The notes under the pieces were generated by a model. That model did not search any database. It was not told the DNA's origin and saw only the letters and a list, made by a program, of their open reading frames with translations. The position numbers were made by a program, and so were the translations under genes. From the NCBI GenBank assembly GCA_002633005.1, contig NMRA01000056.1, positions 1,023,521 to 1,087,520 of the forward strand: DNA of 64,000 nucleotides, read 5' to 3'. The number at the start of each line of letters is the position of its first letter. Position 1 is the first letter of the stretch. Shown here piece after piece: positions 51,871-64,000 of this stretch. The stretch is from Phoronis australis (taxonomy: Eukaryota; Animalia; Phoronida).

Positions 51871-52231
51871 ATGGAAACGATGGGCGCGCCTCTAAATTTT
51901 AGTTTCAATCCTCTAAACCGTAGTCCTGGACCAGCAAACACCAAACCCTCAGTACAAATTCCATACCCGCGCCCTTTAACTCCACACATGCGTCGAAAAT
52001 ACTGTATGCTCCGTCGGTGACCACCCGGCGACACTACTGCACACCCGGGCCAGTGAGGAATCTGGTCACCGGTTATGCAGTAATTGTCGACCCTTGTGTC
52101 CGTGGAGTTGGTTACGCGGGTATGGAATTTGTACCGGGTGTTTGGTGGTTGCTGGTTCAGCGCTGCTGTAGTTTGAGGGATTTCAATTGGAATTTACAAA
52201 TTTAAAGCGGCCATCAAGAAATTGTTTCCAC
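51871..52231. repeat. Long imperfect inverted repeat (foldback)
   Basis: Arms at ~51871-52023 and ~52063-52231. A perfect 20-bp core GTACAAATTCCATACCCGCG (51952-51971) pairs with 52115-52134. Confidence 0.85.
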
Positions 52232-52926
52232 GCCATGTCTTCGCGTCTTCCGCGATTCCCCTTTTCGAGATCTTTTGCCTTCTTATACTGCGCAACCGCC
52301 AACGTGAACAAATAAACTCATGCTTGAAATCAAAGTTGCCAAATTAGCAACATGCGGTTTTAAGAATTTTTGATGTCATGTCATGAGTGGGTTTAGTGGA
52401 ACAGTATATCGAACTCCATCATTCTGTCTATCGTCGATGTTCTGTTTCTGTTCTTCGGCGTTGCAGTTCAATCCATCGCCGACCCGAGTATCCTACAAGT
52501 AGCTCCCAACTAAACACCCCTTTCCCTGACGTCGTCCTATTCTGTTGCATGGCGCTGTATTTACTTTTCCGTGACTGTTTCCCGTTTTACCCTTCACATA
52601 TTTTTACTACCCTCTTAGCGTGGGAGCTGTTTGAACTCAGTTGTTGAATGGTGAGATTGCTTTTAGGTTTTGAAACCACTCGTTCAAGATAGGCGTAGGA
52701 AGTGAGCGGCGGGGGGTTATATCCGGTTGCATGAAACAGTCCCAAATAGGGACTCAACTAAGTTCCCTAAATCTACTGCGTGTTTTTGAACTTGTGAAAA
52801 CATCAATTGCCCTTTCTTGTATTGTTTTAGTTTCATTGCTAAGACAACTTTTGACTTTGATACAAATCGAGAGTGAACTCTACATTGAATTGTCAACATT
52901 ATCGAAAATAATTAGGTATCTTTTCA

Positions 52927-53893
52927 TGCAACACCCCCAATTTAAGGACTGAGTCCCTATTTATTTTCAATGAACTCTGGGCTCAGTTTTTAGTGTTAGA
53001 AAATGTCATTAATCAAAGAGGAGCTCACAATAATGATGAAATGATAGAAAAATGTTCCACCTGTGATTCCATAAAGACACTGAATACGCAAAAAGACTTA
53101 GGGGCCTGATCGGAGACTCTATTTGGGATTATTTCATGCAACCGGCCAATGGAGGACCCCATCAGTGCCTCCCTCAGAGGACCAGAAAAAACAAGTATTG
53201 AATCGCTTTGCAGTCTATGATCCGGGAGCGGGGAAGGGGGGGGGGGCGAAGGCAAATTTGGTGACGACCGAGGGGAGGGCTGAAAAAAGCAAAACTGGTG
53301 GCGTAACCGGCCAGGGAAGGCACTCATATCTATTCCGACCCTCACTAAAAAGTCATCACACTGCTATGTTCAATGTGGCATACTTAAACATGTCAGATTC
53401 TTGAACANTGCAACACCCCCTAATTTAAGGACTGAGTCCCTATTTATTTTCAATGAACTCTGGGCTCAGTTTTTAGTGTTAGAAAATGTCACTAATCAAA
53501 GAGGAGCTTACAATAAAGATGAAATGATAGAAAAATATTCCACCTGTAATTCCATAAAGACACAAATACGCAAAAAGACTTAGGGGCCTGAGCGAAGACT
53601 CTATTTGGGACTATTTCATGCAACCGGCCAATGGATGGCCCCATCAGTGCCTCCCTCAAAGGAACAGAAAAAAACAAGTATTGAATCGCTTTGCAGTCTA
53701 TGATCCGGGAGCGGGGAAGGGGGGGGGGGGGGCGAAGGCAAAGTTGGTGACGACCGAGGGGAGGGCTGAAGCAAGCAAAAACTGGTGGCGTAACCGGCCA
53801 GGGAAGGCACTCATATCTATTCCGACCCTCACTAAAAACCCATCACACTGCTATGTTCAATGTGGCATACTAAACATGTCGGATTCTTTAACA
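52927..53893 (+). repeat. ~480-bp tandem duplicate joined at a single N (likely assembly artefact)
   Basis: 52927-53407 and 53409-53893 are colinear with substitutions and homopolymer indels, and the junction is the N at 53408. Confidence 0.9.
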
Positions 53894-56800
53894 CATCTCT
53901 TTGCCCTTTCGTTGCTTGAAGCTGGACCGTGACCGGCAATCGTTATTTTAGTCGAAGTTTACGTCATACTATCCTGTTGAAATCGTAGCCATGTCAAGTC
54001 AGTAAATCAGTCGTAATCGCGTTGTAGGAACCTCTTATTTTTGCAGGTTATCTTTCAAACCTCTAATAAATGATTAAAGATCATGCGTCTTTTTCTCGGA
54101 ATGTGAAAAAGTCCATGCTGTACGGAGGACAAATCCGTGATTTTTCAAACCCATAAGTGCAAAACCTCTGTCACTGCAAAACAGCGTTCAGTACGATATC
54201 GCCAAAGTGAAAAAACGATTAGGATTCGAGCAATGTTTTTGGTCAAAGTTGTCGTTTCCCGACAATCTCAGGGTCTAAAGCTTTAGTTTTGGAAGGGAAC
54301 ATTCCATGTCATTTGAAATAGTCCAGGGCTGTTTTTTTCCTATCTGCTGATTACGGAAACATATCGCTCGTACATTAGTAACCACAACCCTTGACATTTC
54401 GAAATTTTCCTTCGCTATTCCTCAGTGTTACCTCTTGCATAGCTTTTAATACACAGGTACACTTGCATTTCTGAATGTGAGATCCCCGTTTTTAGCGAAA
54501 AAGCGCTCCAGCCCGACTGAAACTTTTTCACCGGCTTTGCCAGTAAAAACAAAAATAATGAGGGGGCGTCCAGTGAGATAAATATAACTCATACGTATAT
54601 AGTCTCTCCCCTACTGTTGCAAATATCAACATCCTGTTGAAGAGAATGGAAAACAACAATCGTTCGTGCCTTGCAATGGGTCCACCATAGACATCACATT
54701 AAGATGTCTATGGGCCACTGTCACAAACTTCAAGATGCCTGAATTAGGCCGGGTCTGTGATTACGTCAGAAGACAATGGGGAGAAATTGTACGTCCGGCA
54801 ATGATTTTTATGTCAACGTGTCACACAGGAAGATGTATAATTGTCATCGATAGACCTACTGTTTTATTGCAGTTGCATGCGACAGCGAAGCAGACGTTCT
54901 GCTGTGCGTGAACTTGGAATCCTGCTTAATCTCAAGATTTTATCGGAAGTGAATGTTGCGTGAACTAAGAATTGAATATTCTTCAAGGGCGTAACTAAAA
55001 GGTGAATTTTTGTTCGGTGAAAAGAATTTTTGTAATTATTGACTTCGCGATCAACCATTTTCTTCTTTACCCTAACTTGTGTCGCTGAACCGGAGGAATA
55101 TGTGAATGGCTAAATCGATTACTGTTTGGTGAAAGTGATCGCCCGTAGTTGAAAAGGTTGGTTAAAATTGACAAAGTATTTTATTCAATGTAACTTGATT
55201 TAGTGCAGTGCAACTTTTTATGAACATGAACGTGATTATTTGAGTGAACTTGTCAAGTTGCCTCGCGTATTTCAAGCTCACGCAACACTCACTTCCGTTT
55301 AATCTTGAGATTAAGCAGGATTCCAAGCTCACGTACAGCAGTTCAACAGTGACACGATAACGCACGAGCGATGCTGACCGCGTGCGGGTACCACACGATA
55401 TTCTGCTGTCAATCACTGTCGTTATGAATACGAACAGACCACCAAACGTTGCAAATGCTGCAAAGGAACACCTGATTGCTTTGATTGAAATTCATACTCA
55501 TTATTTAGTGTCCTAGAGCCGGCATTATAAAACGGTTGATTACTGGGTTGTGCTCAACATTTGACGTCATCAACTACTAATGCGCGGGCGTGGTTGAAAG
55601 AGGTGGAACAGTTATCGTGATCACCCACGAACATACGCCTAATTACTGTCACATTTTCTTCTAATGTCTTCGGTAATTTGATGTTTATTTTGAGTAGACG
55701 GGGGGCGGGGGTTCCAGTGCTTCACTGTTGCATTTCTGCTGTGGTCTTGCCCAGTGAGATTCGTTGTTGCAGAACTGAATGTATTGATCACAAAATCAGC
55801 ACCGTCTGAGCAGCTGCGAATAAAATAATGTTAATAATTAATTTGTAATTTAACCACACGCACTCATTGCGTCATAGCAGTACGTACTGACGCCTACCCT
55901 CGTTCCCCATCCAGCCGTCGGTTCTGGCAAGTTCCTATGACACTGCGAAATTAACCACCGGAATATTCCACGTGCACTCCACAATAGAATCCAATGGCTT
56001 ATAAGCACATAAAGCATTTCTTATACAACTAACGTGACTCCAGTGGCGTTCTCTTAGAACCAAAGACAAATATTAAATCAATTTTAAATGCCCATGTCCG
56101 GAATAAAATTTTCAAGGATAAGAAACTAAAATTTATGATACTGAGCTGATGACTATAAACTCTCTGTCCGAAACGCACTTTTCATTTGGACCACTAACAG
56201 GTATAAAATTGATCTGGAACTATTCCTAACTCATATGCAGTGCGGTTCCTGGGCATGGAAAACGATGACACTGACTTCATTATTGTTCGAGACCATGCTT
56301 GGCGTATAAAATGACCCCCGCCGAGATCGATTGGTCTCGCGCAATAATGAGCTGTCACTTTCAATCCCAGAAATAACTTCTAGCGTAGGTACGAACAATG
56401 AGAACAATTTGAAAACAATTTCGTGACTGCAAGGGGTCTGAATCAAATGTTAAGTTATTTGAGCGGAAGGCAGACATGCGGGGTGGGAGGCGGCGGCAAT
56501 CTACATCGGGAGGGGGGCATCCAATCACTACGAATAAACTTTTTGAAATTGCGATTGATTTTTATTTAAATTGCCAATGAATAAGGTTTCTATTTTATTT
56601 TTCACCTTTTTAACTTTTCTTAGTACTAGGGTCCATGCATTTGAGTAGAGAGAGGGGCATCCTATAAAAATCGACCCAGGCATCACCATACCTTAGTGCA
56701 CGCTACTGGTCTAGGCCCAGTCCCAGTAATAATGTTTTTCATAAGTTTGCCTCAGTCAAAGGGCTTTCTTTACATTTGCTTAAGCTTCACTGACACGTGT

Positions 56801-57823
56801 AGGCGATTACACATTGCATGAGTATCTACTGTTTGGTTTTGTCAATAATATAACGGATACACGTACATGTAAGTAGGTCTACACGCTCATATTACCACTA
56901 TTTTAAAAACTTGCACCCCATAGGATTTTCTCAAGTCTCGCAAGCTGGTGTATTCGTCCAAATCTTGTGGATACAGGTTCACTGTCGACAGGTAAACGAA
57001 CCTAAATACGCGTGACCGGTGGTAAAGCAAAAAATCAGTATCCCGTGTTTCAATCCAAAATTTCTAGATCAGTAGGCCAAAATACAAAAGGCCAGCCGGG
57101 CTCTCAGTGAGCTATTATAGCGTCCACCAAGTCGGAAATATTTAGTCATCAGTGGCGTAGCCATGACGGTGATAGAAATGGGGGGCATATGCCCCTCCCT
57201 TTGCTCATTTCAAAAACAGTCATTTACTAGGGTGTGAAATTAGCGAAATGGGAAGGGCTACACGGAAAGCTGGGGCTCGCCCGGGAGTCCACTCATTATC
57301 GAAATAATTGTTTACATTCTTCGCTCTACTGTTGTGCGAGCTCAAGACAAGTGTCAGTTGTTCTCGTTTTCACATCAGCAAGTTTTTGAGAACAGACACA
57401 TGTTTGAATGTAATCTGATGATTGAAAAATCGATGCTAGGAGTTGGCGGCTTCATCTGAAAAAGGAAGAGCCGAACCGTTGAAAACGCGCACCAGGTGGC
57501 GAGACTGTCTTGGTCTATGAGTTAACTTAAAAGGGGACTGTAGTCAAAATAATGTTGCAGTTAATCGGTTCTAACATACAAATAAAACTCACATTTGCCT
57601 GACTTGCGTGCCAAACAAAAGCCAATTCGTATTCATGGTCAAAACACTGAATTCTGAAAGCCATCGCTGATTGGCTGATGTGTCAGTGACGTGAACGGCG
57701 GGGTATCGGCTGCTTTGCACATTCATTGCTTATGTCATATTTGAAGAGTTTACATCGTAATTTATTATTGTATCAATCGTCCTTATTTTTTTTTGTTTGC
57801 CACAGTGCTGTAAAAGGTTCGCT

Positions 57824-57904
57824 ATGCCTTTTTGTATGGCACCTGGTTGCTCAAACTCTTCGAAAAAGGCGTCTTCTAAAGGGATGGTCATCGCATACCA
57901 TCGC
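57824..57904 (+). pseudogene. Truncated THAP zinc-finger N-terminus (transposon relic)
   Basis: MPFCMAPGCSNSSKKASSKGMVIAYHR fits the THAP start (M..C.A.GC.N.....G...[FY]HR). The conserved P/W and the C...HF half are missing. Confidence 0.55.
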
Positions 57905-58862
57905 CGGGTTACCCAAGCCTTGGCCCAAAGCTCAGTGTATACTAGATATAGGCCTACAGGTTTAAGCCGATATGGGTAAAAAATGTACAAATAAAATCTG
58001 ACTCAAATAAATGTCATTAAAACTAAGTCATCCTTGAGTAAACCTAGGAAACAGGTTCCTAGAGTAAACTAACTTCTGTATTTACCGGTGTTGGAAATGT
58101 TAGCGATCGTTCATCGGCTGGTGCTAGTAAAATTGTGATGTGTTTTCTTGAGTCGGCTTTTTGCGATTACGTCACCTGACCTTTACCAGTTTCTTTTCCC
58201 CCTGATTCTTTTATCATGTGTTCGTCGCTGACGGTACCTAGGTTGCGTACATGTTATAACAAATTATCGGAGCTTGTTTCATTTTGTTTCAAGTTTTTAG
58301 TATTTTTACACCAGCAAACCGAATTTTAGAACAACCTTGGTGCTGCGAAGCTGTTATGATGTCCCGAAAGACGTCTCAAATTTTTATGAAATGGCGCGTG
58401 CGCCGTGTCACGAGCGTACTGTTCTTGAAACGGACGACACACTTCTTTGTTAAAAAGGCGGCAAATTATGCTACCAAAGGACGTTTATTTGATTGTTTTC
58501 CACTTAAACGGCTGCAACGAACAATGGAAGTGTCGGGTGACTATATCAGATTTTGCATGCGCCCCCGCCGGTCCGTTAGCTTTATATGTTGATGTAGCCT
58601 AAGTTTTACGACGAGGTGACGAGCATAACTGAGTCAACTATACCCGGGTAGTCAACGGCTGTCTGAAATTTCGGGGTTAACGGAGCTCAACACACAGTGG
58701 TACGATAGTCTTCATACAGGTACAGTCGGTAACTTACCAACCCTTCAAGTTTACAGAGCTGCCGGAGTATTGGCTGACAACTGGCTGACTGGATGGCTAG
58801 AGTCCACATTGCCCTCGGCACAGTCACTGACACCAGTTACACCGGCAAATTTTCGTCTGACG

Positions 58863-58907
58863 ATGACGATGACTAGGTATCACTTTGTGTTGCCTCGGCT
58901 CAAACAG
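58863..58907 (+). CDS. Possible upstream short coding exon of the Syd-1-like gene
   Basis: MTMTRYHFVLPRLKQ ends at CAG|GTATCC in phase 0, compatible with the phase-0 acceptor at 59699. There is no homology support. Confidence 0.3.
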
Positions 58908-59698
58908 GTATCCCTTGTGACCCGAAATTTCACACTAAAATTTCTTATTCCGACAATATAAAAAACGCTACTTGATTGCACGCTAACACAGGACAGTGAC
59001 TTTGCCCCCGCCAAATACGTCACGAGACTAAGCAGCGCTCCAAGCCGGTAATTTTTTGAGCTTCGTTAGAGAACATAAGTTTAATTTTTGGTATTGAATT
59101 ATTTGTGAAATTAATCAACAATTCATAGAAAACTATCCAGAATTTATTCAGAATAAAATACAGTTCCCTTTTAATTTCCCCACGGCTCACACTCCGTCTG
59201 TCGTCTGATTTCGTCAGGGTCTGTGTGGGTAACAGACTGTCGAGTCGGCTTACTGAGATCTGGTCAGATTATTTCCACATGTAATCACCGAGACGCGATA
59301 TTTTCCGATGAACCATCGTGTACTATCATACCAAAAGCAATGCCAAGCCACCGTTTCGGCTTTTTGTAACTTCTTCTACTTTTCTTTCTCGTAAATTGTC
59401 CTTTTGTCAATCTATTTTTGAGCGGACTCACGTAATGTGGTAGATTTCCACGACTTATTTCACTTTCGGGATGAGCAGACAATGTGGGTTACGAAGTAAA
59501 TGATTTGGGGCCAATAGATGTCTCTGTGGAAGTACATTACTCTCTGGGAAGTGAAAATCAATAATTTATGTTTATGACCTCTGAACTAGTGTTTGAACTT
59601 GCTTGCGGTCGTTCTGGCTTGAAAACTTGGCGTCAGTTCCTGGGCGATTTCTCACTCTGATAAGTGAAGTAATGGGTTTCAACTTACTTATATTTTAG

Positions 59699-61010
59699 GA
59701 GGAACTTGAACCGATGGCTCAAACGAGTGGAAGACATCGCGGTAAGGAGAAAACCTCGCCAACAAACGCTTTTCCCTTGAAAAGCGAACATGGGAACTTG
59801 CCAACTCTTCAAACAAGTGGTCGTGCTCGGAAGCCCGAGATCAGAGCTGAAAACGGCGATCACTCGAAACACCCCAAGCCCTCGCAGGTAGAAATGGGAA
59901 TTAAAAACATGGAATATATTGACGACGACACTGTGCTTCAAACAGTGGAAATTTTAAAACGACCGGGACAAACCTTAGGATTTTATATTCGTGAAGGCAA
60001 CGGCAGTGATAGGAAAACGGGTGTTTTTATTTCTAGAATTGCCGATGGCAGCGTTATTGAAAGCAATGGTTTGTTAAGAATCGGGGATGAGATTTTATCA
60101 GTTAATGATGTGGATGTCACTAGAATGAGCTTGGATGACGTTGTGATTTTAGTATCGATTCCCAAAACTTTAGTTCTCAATGTTCGAACTTGTCGACCGT
60201 ACTTAAAGTCAGCTTCAAGTCAAAACTTAGAATGTGAAGAAACCCCAGTGATTCTTCGGAGGGGGAAATCTTCGGAGCAAAATAGTAGTGATGAGTTTTT
60301 AAAAGATTTGAATCCAGATGATTCGAATGATTCAGGGCTTTCTAGTGAAAACTCGGTCCCTCTGTCAAAAAGTGATGAGTTAGCTTGTGGATCTGAGCAA
60401 ACTCAGTCCAGTGATAGTACATTAAAAACTGGAGACTCATGTGACGTCGTAACGCCAGATAACGCGGACCTGGAGTTCTACGGATACCCGTCACAGAGAA
60501 ATCCTCGTGTGAATGGAATACCATATGGAAATGAAAATGTAAACAGCTCTGGGGGGATTGTACCGCAGAAAGCTTTACCTGAAAATTTCATGCCACGTTA
60601 CCGTGGACAACAACTGGCAAACTTTGCGTCAAATCGCCATGGTGACAATTTGCAGAGGTCTCGCCGTGATCAATTTCCCCCAGGCTACAATAGACAGCAT
60701 GAGTTGTACAGCAATTCTCGAAAACCAAGGAGAACTGTTTCACCGGATTGTTACAATTCCGACTCGGAACTAGTCCAGGGTTATCCGCACAGATCAGATG
60801 GACGTCCAGATCCGGTGTCCTACTCTTCCGATGTTCCACCTGATTTTTTCGATGATGATGTTGACTCCTGGGATTCCGTACCTAAGTTTGATACGCAAGA
60901 GGGTACTGAGGAGATGCAATCTTGGTTGAGAAAGTTTGACCGATTAGCTACGGATCTACACTATGATCAAACAGTCCAGTCTCGAAGACCTTCTGGGATG
61001 ACTCGGCAAG
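59699..61010 (+). CDS. RhoGAP100F: RhoGAP100F/Syd-1 (SYDE family) large PDZ-encoding exon; gene continues beyond the right edge
   Basis: Acceptor TATTTTAG at 59698 is in frame with the 440-aa ORF, and the donor AAG|GTAGGT is at 61010. The PDZ domain VEILKRPGQTLGFYIREGNG.DR..GVFISRIA...LRIGDEIL.VN.VDVTRMSLDDVVI..SIP is characteristic of invertebrate Syd-1. The C2 and RhoGAP exons are not seen in the window. Confidence 0.88.
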
Positions 61011-64000
61011 GTAGGTATGGGTGTAATAAATTATGAGCATTCAAATTATCAATAATTAACTAATTTTCAAGTGATGAATCCAAAAGTGTGATTGAGGAGG
61101 ATTTTGTGAAAAATAGTGAACTCACTATTCTCAGCCAGGGGTGCTTCACCTTAATCTGTTATTTGTGTCCTTAATATTAATCATCTTCTCATATTTTAGT
61201 TATGTTTTAAAAAATGAATTTTGTTGCAACACTGTATACTTAAGTAATTGGATTTACGATTGGTGGCTTACGTAAGTTCAGGCGTCCATCTCCTACCTGT
61301 TACTAGTATTGGGGCCGTTGCTGGTCCCTGTTTATTGGAGATGGCCTTACTCTGCTTTTCTGGACTTCGCTTGCACTTGACTGAAAACCTTTCCCCAGAC
61401 TTAATTACATTATCTTTGAAAAAAATGAGTCATGTGAGTTATTGTAGTGTTGTGTAATGGATTCAGAGACGATGTTGAGTATTCTTCAAGGATGGTGTTT
61501 TTCACGTCGATGTTGGGACAAAACAAAAACTTGACTAGTAGATCTCATGATAATTAAAGAATTATTAAGAGGAATTACTGTACTACTGTTTTGAAAATTT
61601 ATCTGGAAAAAATGATCTTTCACCTTTAAGAACACATCCTGTTAGTGAGAACGGAAAGTTTCCAGTGTTCAACAGTTCATTAATTTTTTGTTTTGTTTGT
61701 TAGACGCTATTTTCACAGTCTGTACAGTTGCAAATAGTTTATGTCACACATTGTGTTCGTCTTCAAATTATAAATCTTATTACGTATCTTAGTTTACTGT
61801 CTGAATTAAAGCCTACAGTGATAAAAAATCATGGGCTGGCCGTTAACCCCATCATAGGAGTGTTAACAATGAAACACAGTCTTTTGTGGGCCTCAAGCAA
61901 ATGATCAATTTGGGTAAATGCCCAGCAGGCTACATTTATGTTAGAGTTGCGTACCAAAGTCGAACTGAAGACACGAGGAAGTTAGTGGATACTTTTGCTC
62001 TCAAATGAGGCAAGGTGTTCCAGAAAATGGTGATTGTCCGTTACTCAAAGGTAAATCACTTTTGCATGCTTTGGAAACTAAGGAACTACAACTCGCATAT
62101 TACATAGATTTTCAAATATACGGGTTTAATAAAAGAAATTATCCTATGTGTATAAACTGAGGGAGGGGGGATGGCATTCATCCAAGCATGTGCATTTTAA
62201 TGAAAATTTCAATAAGTCGCATTAAGCCAGACATGGTCTAAGCATCAATAAAAAATTACATAGAATTGCCAAATTTTTGATGAACTGAAAAAAATTATCT
62301 AAAGTATGACTGATAACATCTCAAAACTTACCTCATAATTCAAGGGAAAGGGAGTGAATGTCTTTATATTGGATTTTTTATAACATCCCAGTGTGCGCAT
62401 AATTGATTTGACTGGTTTGCGGGTCACTCTAAGACCAAAAAGTACTTCCGGGTTTGATGCGAAAAATTGGTCAGTGAATTCTTGGATTTGTTTCAACTAT
62501 TCCTTTGAGGCCTGCTTTGCCTCTGAACTCAGGTGCTGAACAAAAGCTGGAATGGAATTATAGTGTAGTGATTAATCTTATTTCTTCAGTATATGACTTG
62601 TTCCGTTTTTGGCAGCATTTCGAAATTGATATTGCATTTTCGAGAGGCAAAAATCTGTAAGTTATTCTGGCTGCTTAGGAGTAAAGCACAGTAACTACAA
62701 CTCTGCTCACAAAATTTCTTACTTGAGAGTTCTAGCTTGTTTTGTCATGTTTTTGAGATTTAACACTACCCAAACGAAAATCATCAAAATTGTGAATTTT
62801 ATGAATTAAAAAGAGACAGAATTTGGTAGAGGTGTAGGTTAAAGATTTGTGTAATCATGGTTGAAAATTTAGTTATAAATCCAATTCGGTTGCTACAGGT
62901 TATCATTGGAGAGCTCAAGAATATAGTAAAACAGCAGAATTCAAGTATGAGGAGGGTTCATGTCCTGTTTGTTTTCCCATTGGACGATTCCGTGCCGGTG
63001 GGCCTTCATTATTAAAAAATTTAAAATTCTGTTTATAGCAAAAACTGTTGAGATTCTGACCACAGTGACCAAGAAGAAGGTGAAAGGTCAAGACTCTAAA
63101 TGTAATTAGCGTGATAATTGAAAGACGAGCGTCGAAACTTAAAAATGGAGCACGGTGTATCAGAGACCGTGTGTTGCGAAATCGCACCAATTTAGGATAC
63201 ACTGTGGTGGACGGGTGAAATTTTTATTTTTTCCTTTTCTCGTAATACAGTAGACAAATAACACCATGTTAATGTATCTGTCAGTTTTGAAGTTCTACAA
63301 GCTTTTCAAAAATGAAGAAAGATCAGTTTTTGCCTTTAATTTTGACGGAAATCACTGAGATTTCACCGTTTGGGTTTTGGAAGTTTTGTGAGAACCACCT
63401 GGCTTGAAAGACTTGGCGTGCATTTCATAGATGCAAGATCCTCTAGCTTCTTTGCCAAGATTCTTGCATCTACGAAAATCAGCTCTGGTAGAAGGCACCT
63501 AACATTGATTTGGTTATTGCATAAGAATTCTCTCACCACCTAAGTTCTGTTCAATATTCCTGATGGCCTCTTACTGTGAATTGCCTTTATCAGTAGTAAT
63601 GTATGATTGTTATTAAATACAAAAGGCTGCCAAATAATGGTTTGTGATCAATCAGTGCCCTTGCTCACCTGAGAGTGCTACTAATTCACAGTTTAAAAAT
63701 GGAGAGGGTTTGTGACTTAAATGGGGGTTTTAACCTTGGGGCGAACTTTTTGATCATTGAAACGGAATTTTCAGGCTTGATGAGGAGAATTTTGCAAAAT
63801 TTTGAAGTAGTTTTCTGTGAGGGAATAGAGCTGGTATTTGGCTACAAAACTGAGGCAACAAGGACCCTGTCAACAGTATGTGAATTTTAAACTTCATGCT
63901 TGTTTCGTTTCTATTAATGCAGCAATTTTTGCATGAATTGTGACTGAAAAAATTGGATTTTGATGTCATCCCTGTCACATACAGTCCATTATAATTGACA

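Noticed and set aside
53025-53932. Paired Gly- and Pro-rich ORFs
   Set aside because: They arise from G/C homopolymers in the N-joined duplicate, and the reading frames are not conserved between copies.
63423-63477. Intronic hairpin as a pre-miRNA
   Set aside because: A 16-bp stem with one mismatch and a 23-nt loop is too short for a canonical Drosha substrate, and I recognise no mature sequence.

Overview
This is animal genomic DNA: AT-rich, with GT-AG spliced genes and many repeats. It is probably an invertebrate bilaterian, inferred from the PDZ-bearing Syd-1 gene and the repeat landscape. Three protein-coding genes can be reconstructed by hand with consistent splice phases. (1) A Src-family tyrosine kinase on the minus strand has 8 coding exons in the window (21428->20: SH4/unique, SH3, SH2 and the kinase domain up to the activation loop) and runs off the left edge. 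(2) A complete BTBD19-like BTB-BACK gene on the plus strand has 6 coding exons (23849-42260, 291 aa) and lies head-to-head with the kinase across a ~270 bp promoter. (3) A RhoGAP100F/Syd-1-like gene contributes its large PDZ-encoding exon (59699-61010) and continues past the right edge. The rest is introns and intergenic DNA with non-autonomous DNA transposons, tRNA-derived SINE heads, a 43-bp minisatellite and a THAP-domain relic. Two ~0.5 kb tandem duplicates abut single Ns and are most likely assembly joins of two haplotypes. Most ORFs in the supplied track are spurious. I found no prokaryotic or CRISPR system. The most interesting leads are a near-perfect 272-bp foldback element beside the bidirectional promoter, a long imperfect hairpin whose mismatches favour G-U pairs on one strand, altered autoinhibitory motifs in the kinase, and an array of splice-donor motifs in the predicted BTBD19 3' UTR.
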